A DNA stretch of 64,000 nt from an uncultured Chloroflexia bacterium (GTDB lineage: Bacteria; Chloroflexota; Dehalococcoidia; DSTF01; JALHUB01): NCBI GenBank assembly GCA_963703345.1, contig OY969814.1, positions 128,001 through 192,000 on the forward strand, in the 5' to 3' direction. How positions within the stretch are numbered: the first letter of the stretch is position 1; every line of letters starts with the position of its first letter. The position numbers and the translations under genes were made by a program. The notes below the pieces were generated by a model. The model saw only the letters and a program-made list of their open reading frames with translations. It did no database searches and had not been told where the DNA came from. Of this stretch, positions 10,432 through 19,894 are shown piece after piece.

Positions 10432-10508
10432 TGGGGTGGACGGAGGGATTCGAACCCTCGATCTCCAGGGCCACAACCTGGCGCCTTAACCGCTCGGCTA
10501 CGCCCACC
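10432..10508 (-). tRNA. tRNA-His (anticodon GUG)
   Basis: G-1 plus GTGGGCG/CGTCCAC stem, anticodon loop TTGTGGC, encoded CCA. Confidence 0.95.
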
Positions 10509-10969
10509 ACAGAAGTCACTTCTCTCGATTGCTGGGCGTCCCTTCCAGAAGCTCCGCCCCCATGCACTGCCCAGTGAGAGCAAAACGGCAGACCTCTGCC
10601 GCTAATCCGGCAGTTTACCACGCCTCGAAGGGGGGATCAACCACGATACGGCGCGGTCGGCGGCCAAGGGTGCCGCGCTTGCCTCTTTCGGGCGGAAAAA
10701 CGGCGGCGGCAGGCGTTCGGAAGAAAATCGAAATTGGCCTTCAGGTTCCGCACGTTTTACCGATTGTTAACTTGGCAGCTATAGGCGGACAACATCTGAC
10801 AGAGATAATACGAGCGTACCTCCTACCCAATATTTGAAAGCCGTCTGTGGTTTGAGGGTACCAGAGGCGGTCTGGATTGGTGGAAGGCGGCCAGGCTCCC
10901 CCGGCCGTCTTCTGCTATTCTTGAGGCTCGATGGGAAGTCCCTGATCGGTCGGCCGTTCCGAACTCCTC

Positions 10970-11718
10970 TCAAGCGTCCAGTACGTCCGCGACGTCTGCC
11001 AACCCCAACTCTTCCAGCTTGGCGCGACCCGGCCGGCAGGTCTGAAGGTCCCAGCCGCAGGCCTCGAGGTAGTCGCGCTGAAGGGTGTCGACGTCGAGCC
11101 TTACACCGGTATGGGGGCCCTCGGCCAGCGCCGCCTCGCCGCTGACCCGCGCCGGTACGTAGCGTTTCGCCGGGTTGTTACCCTCGCGCACTTCGAAAGC
11201 CATGCGAAGGTTGGCAATTCGCTCGCCGGCCAGCTTCAGCTCGTCTACGTTCATGTCCCAGCCGGTCGAGACGTTTATCCACAGAGGAATCTCGTCGTTG
11301 GGAGCGCACATCGTGACGAAGGAGCAGAGACCACAGCTATTGACTACGTGCATGTACTCCGCCGCGGCCTTATGGAACACACCGCGGCCCGCCGCACTGG
11401 GTATGGCGCGGTGCCAAAATCGCCGCCGGAGTTGGCGTCGCCCCAACCGCCGGCCTTCGGCGACTTGGCCATGACCTGGTAGCGGTTGCCGAAGAAGGGC
11501 GTTCCCGTAAGGAGGCCCGGCATGAACGCGAGAACGTTCCTGGGCCCCAGCGGGTCGCAGCCTCTTGGGATGCGATCGAACAGCAGCCGCGCACCAGCTC
11601 CGTAGCTGCCGAGGTAACGACGGTAGAATTCGGCCCGAAACGTCTCGGTCAGCAGCTCCCCGCTATTCAGATCGACGCCAAGGATTTGGCCGTTGAAAGC
11701 ACGTTCGTCGCCGTTCAC
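10970..11718 (-). pseudogene. Aldehyde:ferredoxin oxidoreductase (AOR family) with large internal deletion and frameshift
   Basis: N-terminal part (DPLGPRN...KSPKAGGWGDANSGGDFG) joins a C-terminal part in another frame (GLCSF...GERIANL...GWD...LEELGL) at ~11420; ~250 codons versus ~600 aa typical. Confidence 0.8.
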
Positions 11719-11925
11719 TTACTGACCTCCCTTTATCGGACGGTCCGTGGGGTCCGCTGGCGGCTGCCGATTCCTGATCCATCGTATCATGGGAAGCGGC
11801 AACGGCGAGAAGTCGGAGAGGCAACTTGGCTGGCGACCGACCGGCGCACGCCTGTGGTATTATGATTGCGAACCCCTACGGGTTGAGCCTAACATCAAGA
11901 CCGACTAGACTCGCAACTATCCATT

Positions 11926-12666
11926 ATGCAAGAGGTACCTGAGTCCCGCTTGGCAGTTCTTGGAAGGATCCTCTCTGAAGCGCGGATCTCCCGGGGCCTG
12001 ACTCTCGATGACGTTGAACGTGAGACTCGTATTGCTCGCCGCTACCTGGAAGCGTTGGAGCATGACGAGTTTGATGCGCTTCCCGCTCCCGTCTACTGTC
12101 GAGCTTTCCTGAGGACCTATGCCCAGTTCCTCGGTATCGATGCCAAGGAAGTCCTGCGTCTCCAGCCTGAGCAAGGGCGTCAGACAGCAGAGCTTGCCCC
12201 TCTGCCTCAAGTGACGAAGGCCCCACCGCCGGCACTTTCCCGCAACTGGGTGATAGCAGGCGGCGTAGTCCTCGTCTTTCTTCTCGCGGGCTTCCTGATC
12301 TACCGAATCGGATCGGGCGGCAACGGAACGGCGTCGCCGACCGCTCAGGGCGTCATCGCGCAGGCGACGCAGGTGCGCAACGAAGGCGCGGAGCCGCTGA
12401 GTCAGACGCCAACGGGCGAGCCGAACGTCGCGCCGGCCGCAACGACGGCCGCGACGGTGGAATCCGTCACTCTGGCTGATTTCCGCGGAGGAGCGGGGCT
12501 GCAGGCTCTGGCGACTATTCTTGGGCAGGGGCTCAAGTTCGTCGTTGTGTCGGTCCACGACGACAGCGTGCCCGCGGGCATCGTAATCAACCAGAGTCCG
12601 TCTCCTAGCAGCAGCGTGCACACCGGTGATTCGATAACGCTCCTCGTCAGCGACGGTCCGCGTTAG
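11926..12666 (+). CDS. RodZ-like HTH membrane protein with C-terminal PASTA-like domain
   Basis: ETRIARRYLEALE...YCRAFLRTYAQFLG HTH, TM helix, VPAGIVINQSP...ITLLVS. Confidence 0.8.
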   Translation: MQEVPESRLAVLGRILSEARISRGLTLDDVERETRIARRYLEALEHDEFDALPAPVYCRAFLRTYAQFLGIDAKEVLRLQPEQGRQTAELAPLPQVTKAPPPALSRNWVIAGGVVLVFLLAGFLIYRIGSGGNGTASPTAQGVIAQATQVRNEGAEPLSQTPTGEPNVAPAATTAATVESVTLADFRGGAGLQALATILGQGLKFVVVSVHDDSVPAGIVINQSPSPSSSVHTGDSITLLVSDGPR

Positions 12667-12691
12667 CCGGGCTTCTCCCTTCTCCTCCCCC

Positions 12692-13984
12692 ATGTCTTAT
12701 CACCTGCTCACCCTTGGCTGTCCGAAGAACGTCGCCGATTCAACGAAGCTGGAGCGAATGCTCCGCGAAGCCGGCGCGGCGCGCGAAACGGCGGCGAACG
12801 CAGACTTGCTAGTCGTTAACACCTGCGGCTTCATCGACCAAGCGAAGGAAGAGTCGATCAACGCGGTCTTAGAGCTGGCGACGAAGAAGCGGCGCGGCCA
12901 GGAGCTAGTCGTCATCGGTTGCTTGCCGGAGCTGTACAACAAGGAACTGCTGGCGGAAGTGCCCGAGATCGACCACGTCTTTGGCGTCGAGTCCTGGCAG
13001 AAGGTGGCGGAGCTGGCGGGCGGGTCAGGCAGAAAACCACGGCCTGAGAAACGAGAAGCTCGGCCTAGCGCCTACCTGAAGATCGCCGACGGCTGCAACG
13101 CCCGCTGCGCCTTCTGCGTGATCCCGAGGATTAAGGGGCGCCTGCACAGCGAGCCGATCGAGGCCGTGGTCGAGGAGGCGGAGCGGCTAGCGGAGGAAGG
13201 GGCGAGAGAGCTCGTGCTCGTTGCGCAGGACAGCACGTCGTACGGTCGGGACGTTGGGCTCGAGGACGGTCTCGCGCGCCTCCTCGAGCGTCTGGCTATG
13301 GACCTGCCACAAGTCCCGTGGCTGCGAGTCATGTACTCGTATCCCGGCCACCTCTCGGCGCGGCTTATTCGAACGATGGCCGAGTTGCCGCAGGTGTGTC
13401 ACTACCTCGACATCCCGCTCCAGCACAGCAGTCCCGCTGTCCTCCAGCGGATGCGCCGGCCTCACGATCCCACGCAAACCGTCCGCACGCTGGAGCGACT
13501 CCGCGACGCAATGCCCGACATCGCTTTGCGCACGACTTTTCTCGTCGGTTTTCCCGGCGAGACGGAGCAGGACTTCGCCGGACTTCTGGCGTTCGTCCGA
13601 GAGATGAAGTTCGACCACGTCGGCGCTTTCATGTTCTCGCCACAGGCGGGGACGGCGGCGGCGCGAATGGCGCAGCAGGCAGCAGAGCGGGTGAAGCGGC
13701 GTCGCTACCGCGAGCTGATGCGCGTGGCGCAGGAGACGGCCCTCGACGCCAACAAGCGCTGGATCGGCAGGGAGATGACGGTCCTCGTCGAGTCGAAGGC
13801 CGGACGCGGCGATGCCGGCGAGAAGATGTTCGCCGGGCGCTCCTATCGCGACGCGCCGGAGGTCGACGGGCTTGTCCTCTGCGCGGGCGAGGCCCATCCC
13901 GGCGAGATGAGGCGCGTGCGGATCGTAGAGGCTCTGGCATACGATCTGATCGGAGAGCCTCTCGATTCTCCAAAGCCCGACTAG
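12692..13984 (+). CDS. rimO: Ribosomal protein S12 methylthiotransferase
   Basis: LGCPKN, NTCGFI, CxxxCxxC, DAPEVDG. Confidence 0.93.
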   Translation: MSYHLLTLGCPKNVADSTKLERMLREAGAARETAANADLLVVNTCGFIDQAKEESINAVLELATKKRRGQELVVIGCLPELYNKELLAEVPEIDHVFGVESWQKVAELAGGSGRKPRPEKREARPSAYLKIADGCNARCAFCVIPRIKGRLHSEPIEAVVEEAERLAEEGARELVLVAQDSTSYGRDVGLEDGLARLLERLAMDLPQVPWLRVMYSYPGHLSARLIRTMAELPQVCHYLDIPLQHSSPAVLQRMRRPHDPTQTVRTLERLRDAMPDIALRTTFLVGFPGETEQDFAGLLAFVREMKFDHVGAFMFSPQAGTAAARMAQQAAERVKRRRYRELMRVAQETALDANKRWIGREMTVLVESKAGRGDAGEKMFAGRSYRDAPEVDGLVLCAGEAHPGEMRRVRIVEALAYDLIGEPLDSPKPD

Positions 13985-14271
13985 GCCTGCAGCATCTCCA
14001 TCTGCCAATCGAGGACTTCGGCGTCAAGGCGGCTGCTGCGCACAAAGCCGACGACCTTCGTCAGCATCTCCTGCGCGTGGCTGTTGCTGTTGGAAACGCA
14101 GCTAATGCCCAGCGAGGCGATCTGCCAGCTATCCTGACTGTCGATCTCGGCGATGGAGACGTTGTAGCGGTTGCGAATGCGGGCCGTCAGCGACTTGACG
14201 ACCTGTCGCTTTCCCTTGAGAGAGGCATTCTCCGGCAGACGCAACGTCAGGCGGCACACGCCGACCATCAT
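13981..14271 (-). CDS. DUF503 family protein
   Basis: SLKGKRQVVKSL...NVSIAE motif. Confidence 0.85.
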   Translation of the reverse strand: MMVGVCRLTLRLPENASLKGKRQVVKSLTARIRNRYNVSIAEIDSQDSWQIASLGISCVSNSNSHAQEMLTKVVGFVRSSRLDAEVLDWQMEMLQA

Positions 14272-14822
14272 CGTAGGCGCACCTCGTCCGGCTCCTCTTC
14301 CTCGGCGGGCAGCGGCGGCAGGTCCGACGGCTTTTCCAGCCCGAAGTGCTCCAGGAACCGGACCGTGGTGGCCAATAAAGCGGGCCGTCCCGGCGTGCGG
14401 GCGCGCCCCGTCTCTTCGATGAGGTCACGCGCAAGAAGCGTCGCCACCGCGCCATCGGAGTTGACGCCGCGAATCGCTTCGATGCCCGCGCGGGTTACCG
14501 GCTGGCGATAAGCGACGATGGCGAGCGTTTCCAAGCCGGCAGTCGAGAGGCGCTGATGGTGGTCCATGTTCAGGAAGTTCTCAACGTAGCGGGCGACTTC
14601 GGGCGCGGTGGCCATCTGCACCAGGCTACCGCTCCTCTGGATTCGAACGCCTCGCTGGCGGCAATCCTCGGCGAGGGATTCGATGGCAGCCACGACCTCT
14701 TCCTCCCTGAGATGGAGGCTACGGGCCAGATCTGCCACGTCAACAGGCTCCTGCGCGACGAAAAGCAGACTTTCGATAGCCGACTTCACCTTGTCGGCGA
14801 GCGGACGTCGGACCCTCGTCAT
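14268..14822 (-). CDS. scpB: Segregation and condensation protein B
   Basis: LETLAIVAYRQPVTRA.IEAIRGV, FLEHFGL..DLPP. Confidence 0.95.
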   Translation of the reverse strand: MTRVRRPLADKVKSAIESLLFVAQEPVDVADLARSLHLREEEVVAAIESLAEDCRQRGVRIQRSGSLVQMATAPEVARYVENFLNMDHHQRLSTAGLETLAIVAYRQPVTRAGIEAIRGVNSDGAVATLLARDLIEETGRARTPGRPALLATTVRFLEHFGLEKPSDLPPLPAEEEEPDEVRLR

Positions 14823-15559
14823 GGCCTGTCGTCCGCTGAGCGCGTTTCGCCGGAATCAGGCGGCCTGGTTTCGGCTGACGGCGTCTCGCTTCCCGTCTCC
14901 GCGGAAGAAAGCGCCTCTTCCTGCCCGGGGACAATGCGCGCTTTCCGCGGGTGCGCCCTGGGACGCTCTTGGGAGACGGCGGAAGCGGCGGCAGGCGGTC
15001 TCCATGGCGTCGGCACCGTCCGGCGAGGCGAATAATAGAGCCTGAGGCGCGGCGGACTGGCGAGGGCCACGCTCATCTGCTCCGTGACACCTTCCTGCGT
15101 CGTTCGCGAGACCTCGCTGGCGACGAGCGAGAGGTCGCATTCGGGATCAACCATGACCTCTAGCCTGACCTCGACGGCGTCTTTCCTGCGGTTGACCCTG
15201 GCCCGCACCGCTTCGACCTCCGGCAGGCCGGCGACAAGTTGCTCGAGCCGTCGCGCAACGGCGGCGGTCGAGAGGACGGCGGTGCCCATACCGACGTCGC
15301 GGACGAGGACGGTCTTGTCTGTGCGGGGGACGATTTCGAGCAGGAGGAAGGAGAACGCAACCAGGATGACGAAAGAGCTGCCGAGCGTAATGATGACCTT
15401 CGGCAGCGTCGTGTCGTGATCGCTGAGGTACTGGACGAAAGAGCCAAGCTTGTGGATGCTCTCGCCGCTATAGGCCCACGCCAGCACGATGAGCATGATA
15501 GCGAACAGAATCAGCACGACGACCCCGAGGACAACGATGAGTCGGTTGATCAAGTTCAT
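14819..15559 (-). CDS. Membrane protein, alkaline-shock anchor (AmaP)-like
   Basis: Two N-terminal TM helices followed by an Asp23-like region. Confidence 0.55.
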   Translation of the reverse strand: MNLINRLIVVLGVVVLILFAIMLIVLAWAYSGESIHKLGSFVQYLSDHDTTLPKVIITLGSSFVILVAFSFLLLEIVPRTDKTVLVRDVGMGTAVLSTAAVARRLEQLVAGLPEVEAVRARVNRRKDAVEVRLEVMVDPECDLSLVASEVSRTTQEGVTEQMSVALASPPRLRLYYSPRRTVPTPWRPPAAASAVSQERPRAHPRKARIVPGQEEALSSAETGSETPSAETRPPDSGETRSADDRP

Positions 15560-15568
15560 CTGGTCCTC

Positions 15569-16903
15569 CTAGCTTGTGTTGATTCGAAGCAGCTCGGCAA
15601 GCAGGCCGCCGTCGCAGCGCTCACTCAGCGTCACGGTCGCGACGCGATTCTCGAGCGGTGCGTCCGCGGGCGTCAGGACGCGGATGTAGTTGTCCGTCAG
15701 GCCTTCCCATAGCGACTGGCACCCGGCCGGACCGCGCAGTTTCTTCTCGAAGAGCACTTCGGCGGTGCGGTTCTGGAAGCGGGAGAGGAAGCTGGCTCGT
15801 AGCTCCTCGCCGACGGCCAGCATGGTTTGCACGCGTTCTCGCTTTGCCTGCGCGCTCACCTGGTCAGGCATCTTCGCCGCGAGTGTGCCGGGCCGCGACG
15901 AAAACGGGAAGACGTGAAGAGCCGCGAACTCGGCCTCGCGACAGAACCGGCGCGTGGCGTCAAAGTCGGTCCCGGTCTCGCCCGGAAAGCCGACGAGCAC
16001 ATCAGTCGTGACGGCCGCGTCGGGAAGCTTTCGCCTTATAGCCGCCAGCGCTTGCGCGAACTGTCGCGTCGCATAGCGACGGCGCATGCGGTCCAGCACG
16101 TCGTCGCTGCCGCTTTGTAGGGGGATGTGGAAGTGGCGGCAGAGGCGTGGGTCGTCCCAGAGGTCGAGCAGGGCAAAGGTAATGTCCTGCGGCTGCAGCG
16201 ACGACAGGCGGATGCGCGGGACCGTGGTGCGCTCCAGCACGAGTCTGGCCAGCTTGACGAGGTCGACCTCTTCGCCGGTGTCGCGCCCGTAGGCGCCGAG
16301 CTGCGTCCCGGTGAGGACCACTTCTTTGACGCCATCGGCCTCCGCGGCTTGAACCGCTCGGATGACATCTTCGGCGGCCACGCTTCGCTCGCGGCCACGA
16401 GTCTGCGGAACGATGCAGAAGGCGCAGACGTCGTTGCAGCCCTCCTGAATCTTGATGAAGGATCGCGTCCGAAGGCGGCCGTTCCCGTCGAAGCAAGGGG
16501 CCGGCAGAGGTATGTTCTCGAGAAGAACGGCGGCCGCCCGTTCCTTCTCCCGGTTGGGTAGGACGGCGTCGGCCCCCAGCGCGGATGCGGCGGCGGGCGT
16601 GGCTACGTCCGCATAGCAGCCCGTAACGATGATCCGTGCCTGCGGCGAAAGACGTCGCGCGAGGCGGATGAGGTGCCGCGCTTTGCGCTCCGCGACGTGG
16701 GTGACGGCGCAGGTGTTTATCAGGAAGGCATCAGCCGGCCCCGCGCGGTCAATAACGCGGCAGCCCGCCTTCACGAGCTCGCCCGCCATTGCCTCCGCCT
16801 CGGCCTGGTTGAGCTTGCAGCCGATCGTCAGCACGGCGACTGTGAGCGGCGATGAAGGCGAACGTTCTTTGATTCGCTTTCGAGCGACGGTTTCCGCGAT
16901 CAC
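15569..16903 (-). CDS. mtaB: tRNA t6A37 methylthiotransferase
   Basis: GCKLNQAE, NTCAVT, IKIQEGCNDVCAFC, HVFPFSSRPGT. Confidence 0.92.
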   Translation of the reverse strand: MIAETVARKRIKERSPSSPLTVAVLTIGCKLNQAEAEAMAGELVKAGCRVIDRAGPADAFLINTCAVTHVAERKARHLIRLARRLSPQARIIVTGCYADVATPAAASALGADAVLPNREKERAAAVLLENIPLPAPCFDGNGRLRTRSFIKIQEGCNDVCAFCIVPQTRGRERSVAAEDVIRAVQAAEADGVKEVVLTGTQLGAYGRDTGEEVDLVKLARLVLERTTVPRIRLSSLQPQDITFALLDLWDDPRLCRHFHIPLQSGSDDVLDRMRRRYATRQFAQALAAIRRKLPDAAVTTDVLVGFPGETGTDFDATRRFCREAEFAALHVFPFSSRPGTLAAKMPDQVSAQAKRERVQTMLAVGEELRASFLSRFQNRTAEVLFEKKLRGPAGCQSLWEGLTDNYIRVLTPADAPLENRVATVTLSERCDGGLLAELLRINTS

Positions 16904-16998
16904 GCCTTCATGATAACCGATGGCAGGGGTGTGTCAACGCGAAGGGCAATCGCCCCGTCGTCGATTCCTCGTCAGGCTCGGGAATCGGGAATCGTCCC

Positions 16999-17112
16999 CT
17001 AGCAGCCGCAGCGCGTGAAACCGCAAATAGGGCAGCGGATGCAGCCTTCACCGTGGACAAGAGGGCCGCCGCAATCGGGACAACGGGAGTGACGGTGCTT
17101 CTTCTTCATCAT
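16999..17112 (-). CDS. Small zinc-ribbon protein (36-37 aa)
   Basis: MMKKKHRHSRCPDCGGPLVHGEGCIRCPICGFTRCGC; AAGGAG RBS at 17117-17122; own promoter. Confidence 0.7.
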   Translation of the reverse strand: MMKKKHRHSRCPDCGGPLVHGEGCIRCPICGFTRCGC

Positions 17113-17125
17113 CCAACTCCTTAGC

Positions 17126-17175
17126 AGAACATATGTACTCTCAGCCAGCATAGAGAATATATGTTCTGTTGTCAA
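17126..17175 (-). promoter_or_regulatory. Sigma70-type promoter with two LexA (SOS) boxes
   Basis: TTGACA-17 nt-TATGCT; boxes (plus-strand text) GAAT-ATAT-GTTC at 17155-17166 in the spacer and GAAC-ATAT-GTAC at 17127-17138. Confidence 0.8.
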
Positions 17176-17231
17176 GCCCTTCTTGTTGTGGAGCGGGAAG
17201 GGGAATATCATCAGCGGCGCGAGGAGTCGAG

Positions 17232-18374
17232 ATGCGAATACTGGCATGCCCGCAAGAGTTCAAGGAGAGCCTCACCGCCGGCCAGGCCGCGGGGGCAATC
17301 GCCGTCGGCGTTCGAAGGGCCGGCCCCGAGATCGAAGTCGACCTGGCGCCGATGGCCGACGGGGGGCCAGGCACGATAGACGCTGTGCTCTCGTCGCTGG
17401 AAGGTCAGCGCCGGAAAGCCACGGTGCACGACCCCCTGGGGCGCTTGCGCGAGGCGCGCTGGGCGATGCTCGACGACAGCAAAACCGGGCTCATCGAGAT
17501 GGCGGAGGCTTCCGGGCTGGCGCTCTTGCGGCCTGAGGAGCGAGACCCGCGCCGCACAAGCACCTACGGGACGGGCGAGCTCATTCGTGCTGCCCTGGGC
17601 GAAGGCTGCCGGCGACTGGTCGTCGCTATCGGCGGAAGCGCCACGAACGACGGCGGCGCGGGAATGGCGCAGGCGTTGGGCGCGCGACTGCTCGACACGC
17701 AAGGCAAGGATCTGGAGCCCGGAGGCGCCGCTCTAGCAGGGCTACAACGGATAGACGTTTCGGAGCTCGATGCGCGGTTGCGCTCCTGCGAGGTCGTCGT
17801 TGCCGCCGACGCCGTCAACCCGCTGCTCGGTCCCGCGGGTGCCAGTCTTGTCTATGGGCCGCAAAAAGGAGCGACACCAGAGGTCGTGGCGGCGCTGGAG
17901 GCCGCCCTCCAGCGCTTCGCCGAGATCGTGCGGCGCGACCTCGGCCTGGATATCGCTTCCGTCAGCGGAGCGGGCGCTGCCGGCGGATTGGGCGGCGGAC
18001 TTGTCGCCCTTCTGAAGGCCCGCATCACTTCTGGCGCGGAGCTGGTGGCGGAGGCGATTGATCTCGCAGGTCAAATCGAACAGGCCGACGTCGTCTTCAC
18101 CGGCGAAGGGCGACTGGACGCGCAGACGGCGTACGGGAAGTCGGTCGCGATTGTGGCGCGGCTGGCGAGGAAGCGCGGCCGTCCGGTCATGGCCTTCGCA
18201 GGCACCGTGGCCAGCGATTTCGATCTTGCGTCTATCGGTCTCGACGCCGCTATCCCTATCGCGAGGGGGCCGGCGGCGCGAGAGGAGATGTTCGCGCAGG
18301 CGGGCGAACTGCTTTCGAACGCGGCTGAGCAGGCGACGCGGCTACTGCTTGTAGGGCGGTCCTTCGCCGGCTGA
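17232..18374 (+). CDS. Glycerate kinase
   Basis: FKESL, PMADGG, STYGTGEL, GGSATNDGG, YGPQKGA, TGEGRLD. Confidence 0.93.
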   Translation: MRILACPQEFKESLTAGQAAGAIAVGVRRAGPEIEVDLAPMADGGPGTIDAVLSSLEGQRRKATVHDPLGRLREARWAMLDDSKTGLIEMAEASGLALLRPEERDPRRTSTYGTGELIRAALGEGCRRLVVAIGGSATNDGGAGMAQALGARLLDTQGKDLEPGGAALAGLQRIDVSELDARLRSCEVVVAADAVNPLLGPAGASLVYGPQKGATPEVVAALEAALQRFAEIVRRDLGLDIASVSGAGAAGGLGGGLVALLKARITSGAELVAEAIDLAGQIEQADVVFTGEGRLDAQTAYGKSVAIVARLARKRGRPVMAFAGTVASDFDLASIGLDAAIPIARGPAAREEMFAQAGELLSNAAEQATRLLLVGRSFAG

Positions 18375-18824
18375 GGTCGTTTCCTCCGGCGGAGCGACCT
18401 CTTCTTCGCCACCTTCTTCCAGCTCCTCGGGAACGCCGCGCGGGAAGTTGAGCAGCACCAGTATCAGCAACGCGATGGCCACGGCTATGGGCAGGACGAG
18501 TCCGCTCCAGGCGACGTCGCTTCTGGCGCCGTGGAAGACGCCGGTACAGATGGCGATTAGTTGCTCGGCGACGGCCAGCCACAGGATGAAACGGTAGCGG
18601 GTCGGATGCAGCGCGGCAATCAAGTAAAGGCTGCCCGTCACGAAGAGGGCGCCGCTGAAGGCTCTGCCGGCTAAGATGCCGTCCGGCTGGACGTCCTTCA
18701 GGTTAACGAGGAAGCTGCGGAGGGCCAGTTGGACGACGCCGCCGAAGAAGTCCCAGGCGGCCATAAGGAGGAGTATCAGGCGAAGCGACCCGGTAGGAAC
18801 GAGTCTCTCCCGGTATTCTGTCAA
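18342..18824 (-). CDS. Hypothetical membrane protein (about 4 TM helices)
   Basis: Hydrophobic ORF with acidic tail and an upstream RBS. Confidence 0.65.
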   Translation of the reverse strand: MTEYRERLVPTGSLRLILLLMAAWDFFGGVVQLALRSFLVNLKDVQPDGILAGRAFSGALFVTGSLYLIAALHPTRYRFILWLAVAEQLIAICTGVFHGARSDVAWSGLVLPIAVAIALLILVLLNFPRGVPEELEEGGEEEVAPPEETTSAGEGPPYKQ

Positions 18825-18930
18825 GATCCTTCTTCCTCTCCCAAAGGGGGACTCACCAACTCAAGCGCATTCTAGCACAGCGATTTGCGGTTGTCGCCAG
18901 CCCGACTTCGCGACGCGATTGCGTAGCCGG

Positions 18931-19299
18931 TCACTCCAAACCGAGTTCAGCCAGCGCCTTCTCTGACAGCCCGAAGAAGTGCGCGATCTCATGCAGGACG
19001 GTGATTCGCACCTCGCGAACCAATTCGGCCTCGTCCGGAAAGTCTCTCTCCAGCGGCTCGCGGAAGAGCGTTATCTTGTCCGGCACTTCGAATCCGTAAC
19101 CGCCTGCCCTCTCGCTCAGAGGCACGCCTTCGTACAGGCCGTACAGGCGGTCGCCCCGTCTTGCGTGCGCCCGCCGGTAATCACCTGGCCCGGGCCGTCG
19201 CTTCACGACGATGTCGACGTTGGCAAGCTTCTCTTCGAAGGGCGGCGGAATCTCCGCCAGCGCGGCCAATACGAGACGGTCAAAGCGACGTGATCTCAT
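18931..19299 (-). CDS. Zincin-like metallopeptidase (DUF1025-like)
   Basis: LYGLYEGVPL, PDKITLF, HEIAH motif. Confidence 0.88.
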   Translation of the reverse strand: MRSRRFDRLVLAALAEIPPPFEEKLANVDIVVKRRPGPGDYRRAHARRGDRLYGLYEGVPLSERAGGYGFEVPDKITLFREPLERDFPDEAELVREVRITVLHEIAHFFGLSEKALAELGLE

Positions 19300-19323
19300 T
19301 CGAAGATGCGGGAAGAGAAGGTC

Positions 19324-19788
19324 TTAGGGTTGCTGTTTGCGAGGCTGATCGGGACTGAAGCATTCCCAGAGCGCCTGATAGCCCTTGCCAAGAATGGCGT
19401 TTCTGATCTCCTCCTGTTCCAGCACCAGCAACTCACGGAATATGTCTTCGCACAACTGGGCGGCGCCGGGACTGCCGGAATCGATGATCCGGCGCGCTAT
19501 GGCGGGCCAAATGCCGGAACACGCCAGGCTATCGATGTGCTTGGGCCACCAGACGGAGCAGATCTTGTCTGGAATGCGGAAGCGAGGGCGAAGCTGTTTC
19601 AGGCTACGGAAGCGTTCCTCGGCAGTCTTGACGGGAGGGACGAGCTTGAGCAGCGGGCCGTCGATGGGAGTGAAGCGCGTGTCGATGAGGAGTCGCTGGC
19701 TGATGACCACGAACCGGAGCGTCAGCACTTCCGCCGTCTCGACGGTCTGCACGATCTCGGCAACATTCAGCTCGTAGTCGTTGTCCAT
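19324..19788 (-). CDS. Hypothetical protein
   Basis: ORF with GAGG RBS, co-oriented with its neighbours. Confidence 0.7.
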   Translation of the reverse strand: MDNDYELNVAEIVQTVETAEVLTLRFVVISQRLLIDTRFTPIDGPLLKLVPPVKTAEERFRSLKQLRPRFRIPDKICSVWWPKHIDSLACSGIWPAIARRIIDSGSPGAAQLCEDIFRELLVLEQEEIRNAILGKGYQALWECFSPDQPRKQQP

Positions 19789-19894
19789 TGACCTCGTCTC
19801 GCTGACGTACCCCGCCTAAGAGCCTTGTTGATTGTAGCACCGCCGGAATCCTCGCTCAAGGGCAAAGGCGGTGCAATTCGTCGGCCGGCGGCCG

